Shown piece after piece: positions 1 through 7,707 of a stretch of DNA of 25,921 nucleotides (position 1 is the first letter of the stretch; each line of letters starts with the position of its first letter). Made by a program: the position numbers and the translations under genes. The notes below the pieces were generated by a model. It ran no database searches. It saw nothing but the letters and a program-made list of their open reading frames with translations, and had not been told where the DNA came from. Source of the stretch: a virus (taxonomy: Duplodnaviria; Caudoviricetes); IMG/VR virus record IMGVR_UViG_3300042466_001561, positions 1 to 25,921 of that record, one strand, 5' to 3'.

Positions 1-2
1 TG

Positions 3-524
3 CTGATCGGTCATGCACAAGTCAAGCGGGTGGAGCCGCCTGATCAAGTGCAAGCCTACGACCGCTATGAGCTGAAGCTCATTAAGCAGACGGGGCCGCT
101 GGTGAAGGAATGGGTGGACCACCTGTTCTTCCTCAACTTCAAGACACGGATCGTGGAGTCGGAATCCGGCAAAGCCAAGGGCCGAGGCGGCAAGGAGCGG
201 GTGCTCTATACTACGCACACGGCGGCCTACGATGCGAAGACTCGCTCGGATCTGGCGGATGAGTTGCCACTGGACTACGCGAGCATCTCATCGCTCTTCG
301 GAGCGGTGAAGGCTCCGGTGGCGGCTGCGGCTCAAGCCTATGCGGCGGCTCAACCTTTGGAAACCTACCTCGAACCCCATGAGCAGGCGGTGAATGCCTG
401 GCTACTGGCTAAGGGCAAGATCACCGAGGGGCAGACTTGGCGGGATATGCCGCCGGCGCTTCGGGACCAGGTATCGGCGAGGCCGGAGGATTTCCTCCAA
501 GCTGTGGCGAAAGCTGCTGCGTGA
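3..524 (+). CDS. Sak4-like/AAA_24 phage ATPase (ssDNA-annealing recombinase), 5'-truncated
   Basis: Frame is open from the window edge (LIGHAQVKRVEPPD..YDRYELKL..LVKEWVDHLFFLNF..ERVLYT..AAYDAKTR), resembling the C-terminal half of phage Sak4-type ATPases; followed by nuclease and SSB genes as is typical. Confidence 0.75.
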   Translation: MIGHAQVKRVEPPDQVQAYDRYELKLIKQTGPLVKEWVDHLFFLNFKTRIVESESGKAKGRGGKERVLYTTHTAAYDAKTRSDLADELPLDYASISSLFGAVKAPVAAAAQAYAAAQPLETYLEPHEQAVNAWLLAKGKITEGQTWRDMPPALRDQVSARPEDFLQAVAKAAA

Positions 525-784
525 GCGTCGAGCGCACATGTCGCGAAACGCTGGGGGAGGATGGCGGGTTGTTCCAACTCAAAATCTCCCCCGATGGAGG
601 GATCCAACGCCGGCTGCGTTACGAGACCTACTCGCACAGCGACATCCGCGCCTTAGGCCCCTACCTCTCGGTCTCGAGCTGCGATGAGATCAACGCCGCC
701 TGCGACAGGTTCTTAGCCTCCCGAGGAAGAAAGACAGGAAGAAATTATTCAAAACACATCAACAAAAAGCATTATGACATCTAA
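521..784 (+). CDS. hypothetical protein
   Basis: GTG at 521 overlaps the upstream TGA (GTGA); fills the gap to the next gene (3' part of track ORF 437..784). Confidence 0.55.
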   Translation: MSVERTCRETLGEDGGLFQLKISPDGGIQRRLRYETYSHSDIRALGPYLSVSSCDEINAACDRFLASRGRKTGRNYSKHINKKHYDI

Positions 785-1802
785 CATCAGACACAGCATG
801 CTGCCGAAGCTGGCGGCTTGCCCGAAATTTACCCCGACTCCTGGCGATGCCGGTCCGGCTGCCCAGCGGGGAACCGTGATGGACGAGGCTTTTCGATTGG
901 GGTTGCAGGGCGACCGCACCAAGATCGACGCGCTGCCGGTGGAGGACCGACCAGCGGTGGAGTGGGCGGTCGCCCTTATGGAGGATTACAAGCGGACGGG
1001 CACCATCGAAGCGAGGGAGGAATACTTGGCCATGCATACGCCGGGCATCGCTCATGTCGGGACGGCGGATGCGCTTTGCGAGAAGCTCGGCTGGGTGGCC
1101 GACCTCAAGACAGGGCAATTACGCGGATACATGGAGCAGGTCGCAGCCTACTGCTACGCGATGATGCACAAGAACTTTGAGCAGGACTACTGCGCCCATG
1201 TGCTCTACTGCGACCAGCAGGTGGTGAAGAGCTACCGATTCACCTTGGAACAGGCCAAGCAGATTGTGGAACGCATTATTGCGGAGGTAAATGACCCGTC
1301 CGCGGAGCCTCGGGCGTGTGACTACTGCGGATGGTGTGCGAATCAAAATACATGCCCTGCCGTTGTGAAGCCTGTAGAGCAGGGGTTGGCGCTGGCAGCA
1401 CAGCCAGTCACGAGCCTCGAAACGATCCTCGGCACCATTATGGATTCGCCAGAGCGGATGGGGGAATTTTTCGCGCAATGGAAAATGGCCGAGAAGCTGG
1501 TGGCCGAGCCGGTGGAGAAATTCATGCGTGCTCGCCTCGAAACAGGCGCCGAGATACCCGGCTGGAAGCTCACCGATGTGAAGGGCCGCGAATATGTGGA
1601 CATCGAGGGCATCGCTTGGGCCGTGAAGGAGGGGAACGCTCCGCTCGGGCAAGTCATCGAGGTCATGGGCGGCAAGATGACCGGCACCAAATTCCGCGAA
1701 TGGGTCTCGGCGATGCTCGGGACGAACCCGCCGGAGGGTCTCATCCGCACCGGCACCAGCAGCAAACAACTTCGTCAGGTCAAAGTCACCAAGAGCAAAT
1801 AA
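774..1802 (+). CDS. Cas4-like / PD-(D/E)xK exonuclease (DUF2800-like) with probable Fe-S cysteines
   Basis: N-terminal ACP, RGT motif, GTADA..VADLKTG..QVAAY nuclease motifs, C-terminal CDYCGWCANQNTC. Confidence 0.8.
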   Translation: MTSNIRHSMLPKLAACPKFTPTPGDAGPAAQRGTVMDEAFRLGLQGDRTKIDALPVEDRPAVEWAVALMEDYKRTGTIEAREEYLAMHTPGIAHVGTADALCEKLGWVADLKTGQLRGYMEQVAAYCYAMMHKNFEQDYCAHVLYCDQQVVKSYRFTLEQAKQIVERIIAEVNDPSAEPRACDYCGWCANQNTCPAVVKPVEQGLALAAQPVTSLETILGTIMDSPERMGEFFAQWKMAEKLVAEPVEKFMRARLETGAEIPGWKLTDVKGREYVDIEGIAWAVKEGNAPLGQVIEVMGGKMTGTKFREWVSAMLGTNPPEGLIRTGTSSKQLRQVKVTKSK

Positions 1803-1842
1803 TTTCTTCGCCAACCTGGTGAACACCGGGGGCAGGAGACAA

Positions 1843-1871
1843 GGGGGGCTGCGCAATCCCAAAAAACGCAG
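1843..1871 (+). promoter_or_regulatory. predicted H-type RNA pseudoknot in the SSB mRNA leader
   Basis: GGGG(1843-46)/UCCC(1857-60) and CUGCG(1849-53)/CGCAG(1867-71) with an A6 loop; ends 10 nt before ATG 1882; preceded by hairpin CCUGGU-GAAC-ACCGGG (1815-1830). Confidence 0.55.
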
Positions 1872-1881
1872 ACCAAACATT

Positions 1882-2388
1882 ATGCCTACATACCAAGCAA
1901 AAAAACCAGAAGCGCCGCAGAGCGGCAACAAATACCATGTCGAGCCGGGGGTCTATAAGTGCGAAGTTTTCACAGCAGAGGAGAAACGGAGCAAGAAGAA
2001 GCCGGACGGCTCGGGCGACAACCCAATGATCGAGCTGGTGCTCAAGGTCATGCTGCCGGATGGCAAGACAGGGCCGGAGATCCGCGACTACCTTGTTTTC
2101 ACCGCAAAAAGCGGATGGAAAATCGACGCCTTTCGTGCCTCCTCGGGCGAGGCGGTGCTCGAGGGCGATGCCGAGCTTACAGCGGAATCCTGCGAAGGCC
2201 GCGAGGTGGTGGCTATGATCGGCGACAAGCCGGGGGACAAGGAAGGTATCTTCTGGAACACCATCGAATACTACCTCCACGGCGAAGAGCGTGCCGAGTT
2301 CCTCTCGGGCAAGGCAGTGGCTCGACCTGTGGCCAAGCCTGCGGTGAAACCTGCGGCAGTCTCTGACGGAGACGACATCCCGTTCTGA
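1882..2388 (+). CDS. single-stranded DNA-binding protein (DUF669-like)
   Basis: VEPGVYKCEV..SGDNPMIELVLKV..IRDYLVF pattern, Pro/Ala/Lys linker and acidic tail DGDDIPF; next to the recombinase and nuclease. ATG 1882 preferred over GTG 1819. Confidence 0.75.
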   Translation: MPTYQAKKPEAPQSGNKYHVEPGVYKCEVFTAEEKRSKKKPDGSGDNPMIELVLKVMLPDGKTGPEIRDYLVFTAKSGWKIDAFRASSGEAVLEGDAELTAESCEGREVVAMIGDKPGDKEGIFWNTIEYYLHGEERAEFLSGKAVARPVAKPAVKPAAVSDGDDIPF

Positions 2389-2391
2389 CCA

Positions 2392-2619
2392 ATGAGAGGA
2401 GTTCTGGAATTCGATCTGCCGGAAGATTCGGCGGAGATGCGTTACGCACAGGCAGGGCTCGACGCCCTGCTGGTGCTTAACGACCTGGACCAAGAGTGCC
2501 GGAGCCGTCTCAAGCACGGCGCCGGCGCGTTTGCCGACCTCGATGAGAGCACCATCGAGCGGGTCCGCGAGTGGGTGAGAGGCGAGTCGGTGCGCCGCAA
2601 CCTGCCAGAGTTGGAATGA
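2392..2619 (+). CDS. hypothetical protein
   Basis: Tightly packed 75-aa ORF in the operon. Confidence 0.6.
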   Translation: MRGVLEFDLPEDSAEMRYAQAGLDALLVLNDLDQECRSRLKHGAGAFADLDESTIERVREWVRGESVRRNLPELE

Positions 2620-2622
2620 GGC

Positions 2623-2829
2623 ATGATCTGGAACCGGCCAGTCACAGAAGCGTGCAATTTCAATGCTCGCCGCTGTATGTGCCTCAAGAAGAAACGCTAC
2701 GACACAAAAGAAATGGCCGCCGCGAAGTTGGAGAAGCGCATGGCCTCGGAGAAAAACCCACCAGAATACCTGCGAGCCTACCACTGCATCGTGTGTAAGG
2801 GCTGGCACTTAACGAAACAGAAAAGATGA
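2623..2829 (+). CDS. small Cys/His-containing phage protein
   Basis: C-x-KKRY..LRAYHCIVCKGWHLT motif seen in small phage proteins; ATGA overlap with the next gene. Confidence 0.6.
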   Translation: MIWNRPVTEACNFNARRCMCLKKKRYDTKEMAAAKLEKRMASEKNPPEYLRAYHCIVCKGWHLTKQKR

Positions 2830-3260
2830 GAATATTTATAGGAATAGACCCCGGCATCAACGGCGGCATCGCGTTCATCCCAAGCACCGGAAACCCTTGG
2901 GCGCACAAGATGCCTGAGACGGACAAGGATTTGATGGAGCTCCTGCGGGATTCCATCAACATCGCCACGCCGAAAGCGCTCATCGAGCTGGTCCATTCCT
3001 CGCCGCAAATGGGTGTCAAGTCGGCGTTTACTTTTGGTGAGGGCTACGGCCGTTTGCAGATGGCACTGACGGCGCTTGGCATCCCCTACGAGCGCATCAG
3101 GCCCGCCATGTGGCAGAAGGCGATGGGTTGCCTCACCAAAGGAGACAAAAATATCTCGAAGAGTAGGGCACAGGAGCTTTTCCCCTCCATAAAGGTCACG
3201 CATGCCATTGCAGATGCTCTCCTTATAGCCGAGCACAACCGCAGAACGGCGAAGGAATAG
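2826..3260 (+). CDS. RuvC-like Holliday junction resolvase
   Basis: IGIDPG start, IELVH, SAFTFGEGYG, P..WQK and ADALLIA motifs of the RNase H-fold resolvases. Confidence 0.85.
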   Translation: MRIFIGIDPGINGGIAFIPSTGNPWAHKMPETDKDLMELLRDSINIATPKALIELVHSSPQMGVKSAFTFGEGYGRLQMALTALGIPYERIRPAMWQKAMGCLTKGDKNISKSRAQELFPSIKVTHAIADALLIAEHNRRTAKE

Positions 3261-3264
3261 AAAT

Positions 3265-3579
3265 GTGGATACTACCAAAGAACTTATGCAAATAAAAAAA
3301 CCTAACACAAAACAGCAGGCACCATTAAAAAACAGCTCTTTATTAGGCCGCTATTTTCACGGCGTTGAAAACGAAAAAATTGGATGGCAAGGCGTAATCG
3401 TAAGCAATCCAGAACCAGGTTGGTATTTGGTGCAGCTATTCTCATGGCTTGACGGAAGCCCAAATGTGCAGCGGCTTATTCAATTTGAAAGCATGCGTGA
3501 GTGGTTGTTCTACGATGACTTTGAAACGATGGAGTTCTCTATCGAACATGGCTTTGCCAAGAAAATGCTAAGTAAATGA
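3265..3579 (+). CDS. hypothetical protein (AT-rich)
   Basis: 104-aa ORF, visibly more AT-rich than its neighbours; ATGA overlap with the next gene; start could be ATG 3286. Confidence 0.6.
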   Translation: MDTTKELMQIKKPNTKQQAPLKNSSLLGRYFHGVENEKIGWQGVIVSNPEPGWYLVQLFSWLDGSPNVQRLIQFESMREWLFYDDFETMEFSIEHGFAKKMLSK

Positions 3580-4025
3580 GTGAGTGGATAAAAGTCGAGC
3601 ACCATATCCACGAAAAAGTGGAGGTGGCTACCATTGCCGAGTTAACGGGATTAGATCCCGACGCGGTGGTTGGCAAGCTCTGCAAAGTGTGGTCGTGGGC
3701 GTCACGGAATTGTCACGGTGACGGCGTGACAGGAATCGCGTCACTGCGAATCATCCGCGAAATCACGCGCTGTGAGACCTTTGACGAAGCACTCGCAAAT
3801 TGTGGGTGGATCACGATCAAAGGAGACAAAGTGAGCTTCTCAAACTTTGATCGTCACAACTCGCAAACCGCTAAAGAGCGTGCACTTGCCACACAGAGAA
3901 AGTGGAAGCAACGAGTGAACGAAGCTGTCACGAAATTGTCACGCCCCAAGCGTGACAAAAACGGGACTAGAATAGAAGAGAATATAAACGGGGTCTTCGA
4001 CCCCTCGCCGGTGAGCTGCTTATGA
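3576..4025 (+). CDS. phage replication initiator / replisome organizer (N-terminal domain type)
   Basis: MSEWIKV..EKVEV..IAE..D.DAVVGKL..VWSWA..GW....NFDRHN..AKERA pattern; directly upstream of DnaB; carries internal iterons. Confidence 0.7.
   Translation: MSEWIKVEHHIHEKVEVATIAELTGLDPDAVVGKLCKVWSWASRNCHGDGVTGIASLRIIREITRCETFDEALANCGWITIKGDKVSFSNFDRHNSQTAKERALATQRKWKQRVNEAVTKLSRPKRDKNGTRIEENINGVFDPSPVSCL
3700..3957. repeat. two 32-bp iteron-like units (candidate replication origin)
   Basis: YGTCACG-RAAT-TGTCACG-N6-GCGTGACA at 3700-3731 and 3926-3957. Confidence 0.65.
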
Positions 4026-5308
4026 ATGCCATGGCAACAAACCAAAAAATCATCCAGATGCCGAAGGCTGTGCCAGTAAACGAATCCAGCGAACGGTGCG
4101 CTATCTCAGGGTTGCTCCAGAATTTCGACCTACTGAATGCCATGGCATGGACAGAGGAGTTATTTTTTAGCCAGGCGCACAAGATTATCCTGCAAGCGGT
4201 GCGCGAACTCCACGAGGCAGGGGTGAAAACCGACTTTTTTGCGGTGCAGGCGAAGTTGGAGCAAAACGGGGTTCTGGGTGATATAGGCGGAGACCACGCG
4301 CTCATGGAGCTGCGGACGACATTTCCCACAGGCGATCCCGGCTCGGTGGCGTGGCATCATGCGATATTAGTCAAGACGGCACGCTACCGCAGGGCGCTGG
4401 AGTCTGTGCGCAGGGCTGAAGAGAATTTTTCTCGGCAGGAGGGAGATATCGCCGCGTTATCGCTGGAATTAGCGACCGCAGCGGCCCAAGGGGAGACTCA
4501 ACGCAAAAGCACAAGGGACATTCTCGAGCAGATCGTGGACTATCTCGAAAATAATGAACCGGCTGAGGCATTTTCGACAGGGTTGGGATATCTGGACGAA
4601 GTGACTGGCGGTGGACCTAAGCGCGGGGAGTTGGTGACGATTGCCGCCCCGACTTCGGGCGGTAAATCGATCCTTCTGGTGCAGATGGCTCTGGAAGCGA
4701 TCAAGGCCAACAAGCGGGTGGTTTTTTTCTCTCTTGAAATGCCGGCGGCTCAGGTGCTCTCACGCATCCTTTCTGCAATGTGCGGATTCAACATTAAGGC
4801 GCTGAAGTATGTGGGGGATGATGCCACGAATGACAAGGTTGCGAAATTCCAACGCGCTATGACGACGCTAAAGGCAGCGAAAATCCAAGTGGAAAGTGGA
4901 TATTCGGAACTCGAAACAATCGACGGAGCATTACGGGAACTAACGGCTAAGGGCGAATGCGACATCGCAGTGGTGGATTACATCCAACTCGTTCACCTCC
5001 GGTCACTCAGCTCAAATGAAACACGCGAGCAACATGTGAGCGAAATCACCAAGCGGCTTAAAGCGCTCGCCCTCCAACTCAACATCGCAGTCGCAACAGC
5101 CTCCCAGCTCAACGACGAGGGCAAACTCCGCGAATCCCGTGCCATCGGTCATCACTCCGATCATGTATGGATGATATCTCATACCGACGAAGGCGCTTTA
5201 ATCACAGTAAACAAGAACCGTGAAGGCGAGCGAGGCGCATCAATCCCTGCCATTATGCATGGATCCACCTCTCAATTTGTTCCACGGGACAAACGAGTTA
5301 AAAAATAG
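4022..5308 (+). CDS. dnaB: DnaB-like replicative DNA helicase
   Basis: N-terminal P...E...I..LL/FF..AH..I domain; Walker A AAPTSGGKS, FFSLEM, VVDYIQL, ASQLN, LRESRAIGHHSD, KNREG. Confidence 0.95.
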   Translation: MNAMATNQKIIQMPKAVPVNESSERCAISGLLQNFDLLNAMAWTEELFFSQAHKIILQAVRELHEAGVKTDFFAVQAKLEQNGVLGDIGGDHALMELRTTFPTGDPGSVAWHHAILVKTARYRRALESVRRAEENFSRQEGDIAALSLELATAAAQGETQRKSTRDILEQIVDYLENNEPAEAFSTGLGYLDEVTGGGPKRGELVTIAAPTSGGKSILLVQMALEAIKANKRVVFFSLEMPAAQVLSRILSAMCGFNIKALKYVGDDATNDKVAKFQRAMTTLKAAKIQVESGYSELETIDGALRELTAKGECDIAVVDYIQLVHLRSLSSNETREQHVSEITKRLKALALQLNIAVATASQLNDEGKLRESRAIGHHSDHVWMISHTDEGALITVNKNREGERGASIPAIMHGSTSQFVPRDKRVKK

Positions 5309-5310
5309 AA

Positions 5311-5562
5311 ATGCTGGATATGTCCAAAGACCCCAAGATCACCTGCCAAGCCTGCGGCCGCGAATGGCAAGACCACCCAGGCATCACCCACACCTGCCGA
5401 CTCGCCACCGATCTGGCGACCTACCTCCGCTGGGCCCTCGATCATGTCGAGCCGCCCGAATACTCCCGCGACATCGGCGAGCAGGAAGTCTATTGGCAAT
5501 CCGTCGAGGAAGCCCGCCGACTCGTCGTCGAAGCAAGCAATTGGAAAGCACGCACCCTATGA
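5311..5562 (+). CDS. hypothetical protein (CxxC..H..C, possible Zn binding)
   Basis: 83-aa ORF, ATGA overlap with the next gene. Confidence 0.6.
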   Translation: MLDMSKDPKITCQACGREWQDHPGITHTCRLATDLATYLRWALDHVEPPEYSRDIGEQEVYWQSVEEARRLVVEASNWKARTL

Positions 5563-6347
5563 AACCGAAACGCCCAGCCAAACCCGAAACCAAACACAGC
5601 ATCGCCACCAAGCTGGCCACCGAGTTCCAAGTCAGCGTCCAGACAGCAACCCAGTGGTTCGATGCCGGATGTCCCATGGACTACGAGGAAGCGGTGCAAT
5701 GGAAGCTCCAGAGGCGTGCACAAGCCGCGATTAAGTCCGAGCAAGGGTCACAGCCCAACAAGCTGGAAAAAGCCCTACAACAGGCCGCAGCGTGCGAAGA
5801 AACAGTCAATTGGGAGGCCATGTCAACCCAGTTCCGCCAGATGTGCGATATCGTCGCCGAGTTCTTCCTGATGGGCATGACGGTCACAACCATCAATACC
5901 AAACTCGGCGTTGCTGTTCCTGTCATCAACCGCATCATCGCTAACCATCCAGACACCAAAGAGAAGGAAGCCCAAGCCCGCACCAATCGCCTCCGAGAGA
6001 TCGCCAGGCTGTCATCCGATGCACTGGTTGACATGCTCGGGAACCCCATGCAACTCGCCAAGATGAAGCCCGCCGAGCTCAACTTCATCCTCGGCACAGC
6101 TCAAGACAAGCTCAGGGATTCCGAAGGTGGAGCACAGCTTACCATCAGTATTCACAACAAGATCAATGCATTGTCATTTGAAGAACTCATCAACTCCATC
6201 CCCAAACAAGTCGACGCCATCGATGGCGAATATGAGTTCGAGACCCCGTCGGGAACCAGTAGTAGTGCAAGCGTCGCTCTTTCAAAACCTCCGCTCAGTC
6301 TCAATAACAGCCCTAAAAATAAGCCCGAATCTGACGCGTCCGAGTAA
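5559..6347 (+). CDS. putative terminase small subunit (Nu1-like N-terminal winged HTH)
   Basis: KLATEFQVSVQTATQWFDAGCP..EAVQW resembles the lambda Nu1 DNA-binding domain; a second HTH-like and helical region follow; upstream of TerL. Start ATG 5559 (ATGA overlap). Confidence 0.55.
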   Translation: MKPKRPAKPETKHSIATKLATEFQVSVQTATQWFDAGCPMDYEEAVQWKLQRRAQAAIKSEQGSQPNKLEKALQQAAACEETVNWEAMSTQFRQMCDIVAEFFLMGMTVTTINTKLGVAVPVINRIIANHPDTKEKEAQARTNRLREIARLSSDALVDMLGNPMQLAKMKPAELNFILGTAQDKLRDSEGGAQLTISIHNKINALSFEELINSIPKQVDAIDGEYEFETPSGTSSSASVALSKPPLSLNNSPKNKPESDASE

Positions 6348-6387
6348 GTCACTGCAAATCAACCCAAGCTCACTATCTATTCTAGGT

Positions 6388-6492
6388 GTTATCAGAAGTT
6401 ATCAACCAATAATCGCCCGACAGGGGGGGGAGGGGGGTCGGTCCGCTGGCTCCGCAAAATTACCCCCACTCGTCCAGCCCCCGAAAAATTTT
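6388..6492. other. G8-A-G6 tract with GTTATCA direct repeats; candidate packaging (pac)/terminus site
   Basis: Intergenic; GTTATCA at 6388 and 6398, G8AG6 at 6423-6437, GAAAAATTTT at 6483-6492; directly after the putative terS. Confidence 0.35.
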
Positions 6493-6771
6493 ATGAAAAA
6501 AACCCAACCGAACAAGCAAGAAACAAAACAAGATCAACCGCCTATGCCGCCTGAGTGGCCGAGGATGGGCAAGGCCGCGCCTGGGAGACAACCGCAGAAC
6601 CCCCGTGTGTTGCGGGTAGACCTCGACGGCGAGGTGGTGAATGTGCAGGTGCGGTCGAATACCTTCTACCGGGCGAACGAGCCGGTCTTGGTGGGGGTGG
6701 ACGCCGGCGGGGCGTTGGTGGCGACGAAGCCGAAAACGAACCCGCTGCTGCACGGGGGGTATGAGGGATGA
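6493..6771 (+). CDS. hypothetical protein
   Basis: ATG 6493 (3' part of track ORF 6127..6771); ATGA overlap with the next gene. Confidence 0.6.
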   Translation: MKKTQPNKQETKQDQPPMPPEWPRMGKAAPGRQPQNPRVLRVDLDGEVVNVQVRSNTFYRANEPVLVGVDAGGALVATKPKTNPLLHGGYEG

Positions 6772-7247
6772 CGCCGAACGAATTTCTCTCCATGATCGCG
6801 CAGTTACGGCGAGAGCGCGACAAGGCGAGGCACGAAATCGAGGGATTGAAAAACAAGTGGAATGCCGCCGTAGAAATGGCCGCAAGAGCAGAGCGCGAAC
6901 GCGACGAGGCGAGGGCCGGACGACAGGCTTACAAGCAACTTGCGGTCAAACATGCGCAAGAGCGCGACGAGGCGAGGGAAGAGCTTCACAAAGCCAGCGT
7001 TGAAGCAAACGCTTTGGCGACATCTATTCAAAAAGCCGAGTATTCTGATGCAAAAGAATTTGAGCTATTGGGATCTGTTGCAGGAGTTATTTCTCAAATC
7101 GACAATATGTATGCCGGAGTAAGGCAACAGCGCGACAAGGCGCGGGAGCAACTACGCATTGCGGTTGGGTTACTTTCAACGCAACCGCAATTTGCAATAA
7201 AACACCCGGAGGAGGTTTTGGCTTTCATAATGGAGGGCACGAAATGA
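6768..7247 (+). CDS. coiled-coil protein with four ERDEAR-type repeats
   Basis: ERDKAR, ERDEAR, ERDEAR, QRDKAR separated by unrelated helical segments. Confidence 0.7.
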   Translation: MTPNEFLSMIAQLRRERDKARHEIEGLKNKWNAAVEMAARAERERDEARAGRQAYKQLAVKHAQERDEAREELHKASVEANALATSIQKAEYSDAKEFELLGSVAGVISQIDNMYAGVRQQRDKAREQLRIAVGLLSTQPQFAIKHPEEVLAFIMEGTK

Positions 7248-7610
7248 GCACCATAACCAAGCTCAGAAACTCAGCAGCAATAGCCATTGTGTGTAGCTCC
7301 TTGTTATCAGGCTGCGCTAAATATGACGAACCAATAACCTACGATGTAGAGTATCGGGGACATAGCTACATTGTCTTTCTCGTAAAAGGAAATAGAGGGC
7401 AAACCTATGTCCATGATCCTGATTGCGAATGCAACGAGGTAAAGGAGGGCGGGAAATGAGCGATACAGATGCAGCAGAAGCCAATCGCCGCGCTGAATGG
7501 CTACACAAACATAAAGCCCCTAAAGATTGGATTGTTCTAACTACATCGGAGGTTTCCGTAATTCGGGAAGAACTATTGGCCGTTGAACGCGAGCGCGACG
7601 AGGCGAGGGA
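6813..7610 (+). repeat. five dispersed 18-bp repeats SARCGCGACRAGGCGMGG
   Basis: Copies at 6813, 6897, 6960, 7128 and 7591; 6960-6979 and 7591-7610 are identical over 20 bp. Confidence 0.85.
7244..7459 (+). CDS. small predicted lipoprotein
   Basis: Basic N-terminus, hydrophobic stretch, lipobox LSGC; GGAGG SD; AT-rich; flanked by 18-bp junction repeats. Confidence 0.6.
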   Translation: MSTITKLRNSAAIAIVCSSLLSGCAKYDEPITYDVEYRGHSYIVFLVKGNRGQTYVHDPDCECNEVKEGGK

Positions 7611-7707
7611 GCTGGCACAGCAGATGTCAGAGAGCAACCAAGTGCTCATGGCAGATGTTCGCTTTTACCGAAACGCATGGGAGCAACTCAAGGAGGCCGC
7701 TAAATGA
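7456..7707 (+). CDS. ERDEAR-repeat protein
   Basis: ATG 7456 with GGAGG and ATGA overlap; contains ERERDEAREL. Confidence 0.65.
   Translation: MSDTDAAEANRRAEWLHKHKAPKDWIVLTTSEVSVIREELLAVERERDEARELAQQMSESNQVLMADVRFYRNAWEQLKEAAK

Noticed and set aside
774-1802. cas4 as part of a CRISPR-Cas system
   Set aside because: It sits in a Sak4/SSB recombination module; stand-alone Cas4-like nucleases are common in phages.
1843-1871. preQ1-I riboswitch
   Set aside because: Similar topology and A-rich loop, but the ligand-contacting U after P1 and C before the P1 3' strand are missing, and no queuosine genes follow.
6423-6437. phase-variable poly-G within ORF 6127..6771
   Set aside because: The likely gene starts at 6493, so the tract is intergenic; the upstream frame overlaps the putative terS.
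6813-7610. CRISPR array
   Set aside because: Repeats are only 18 bp, in-frame and coding, spacers range from 45 to 445 bp, and there is no leader or cas operon.
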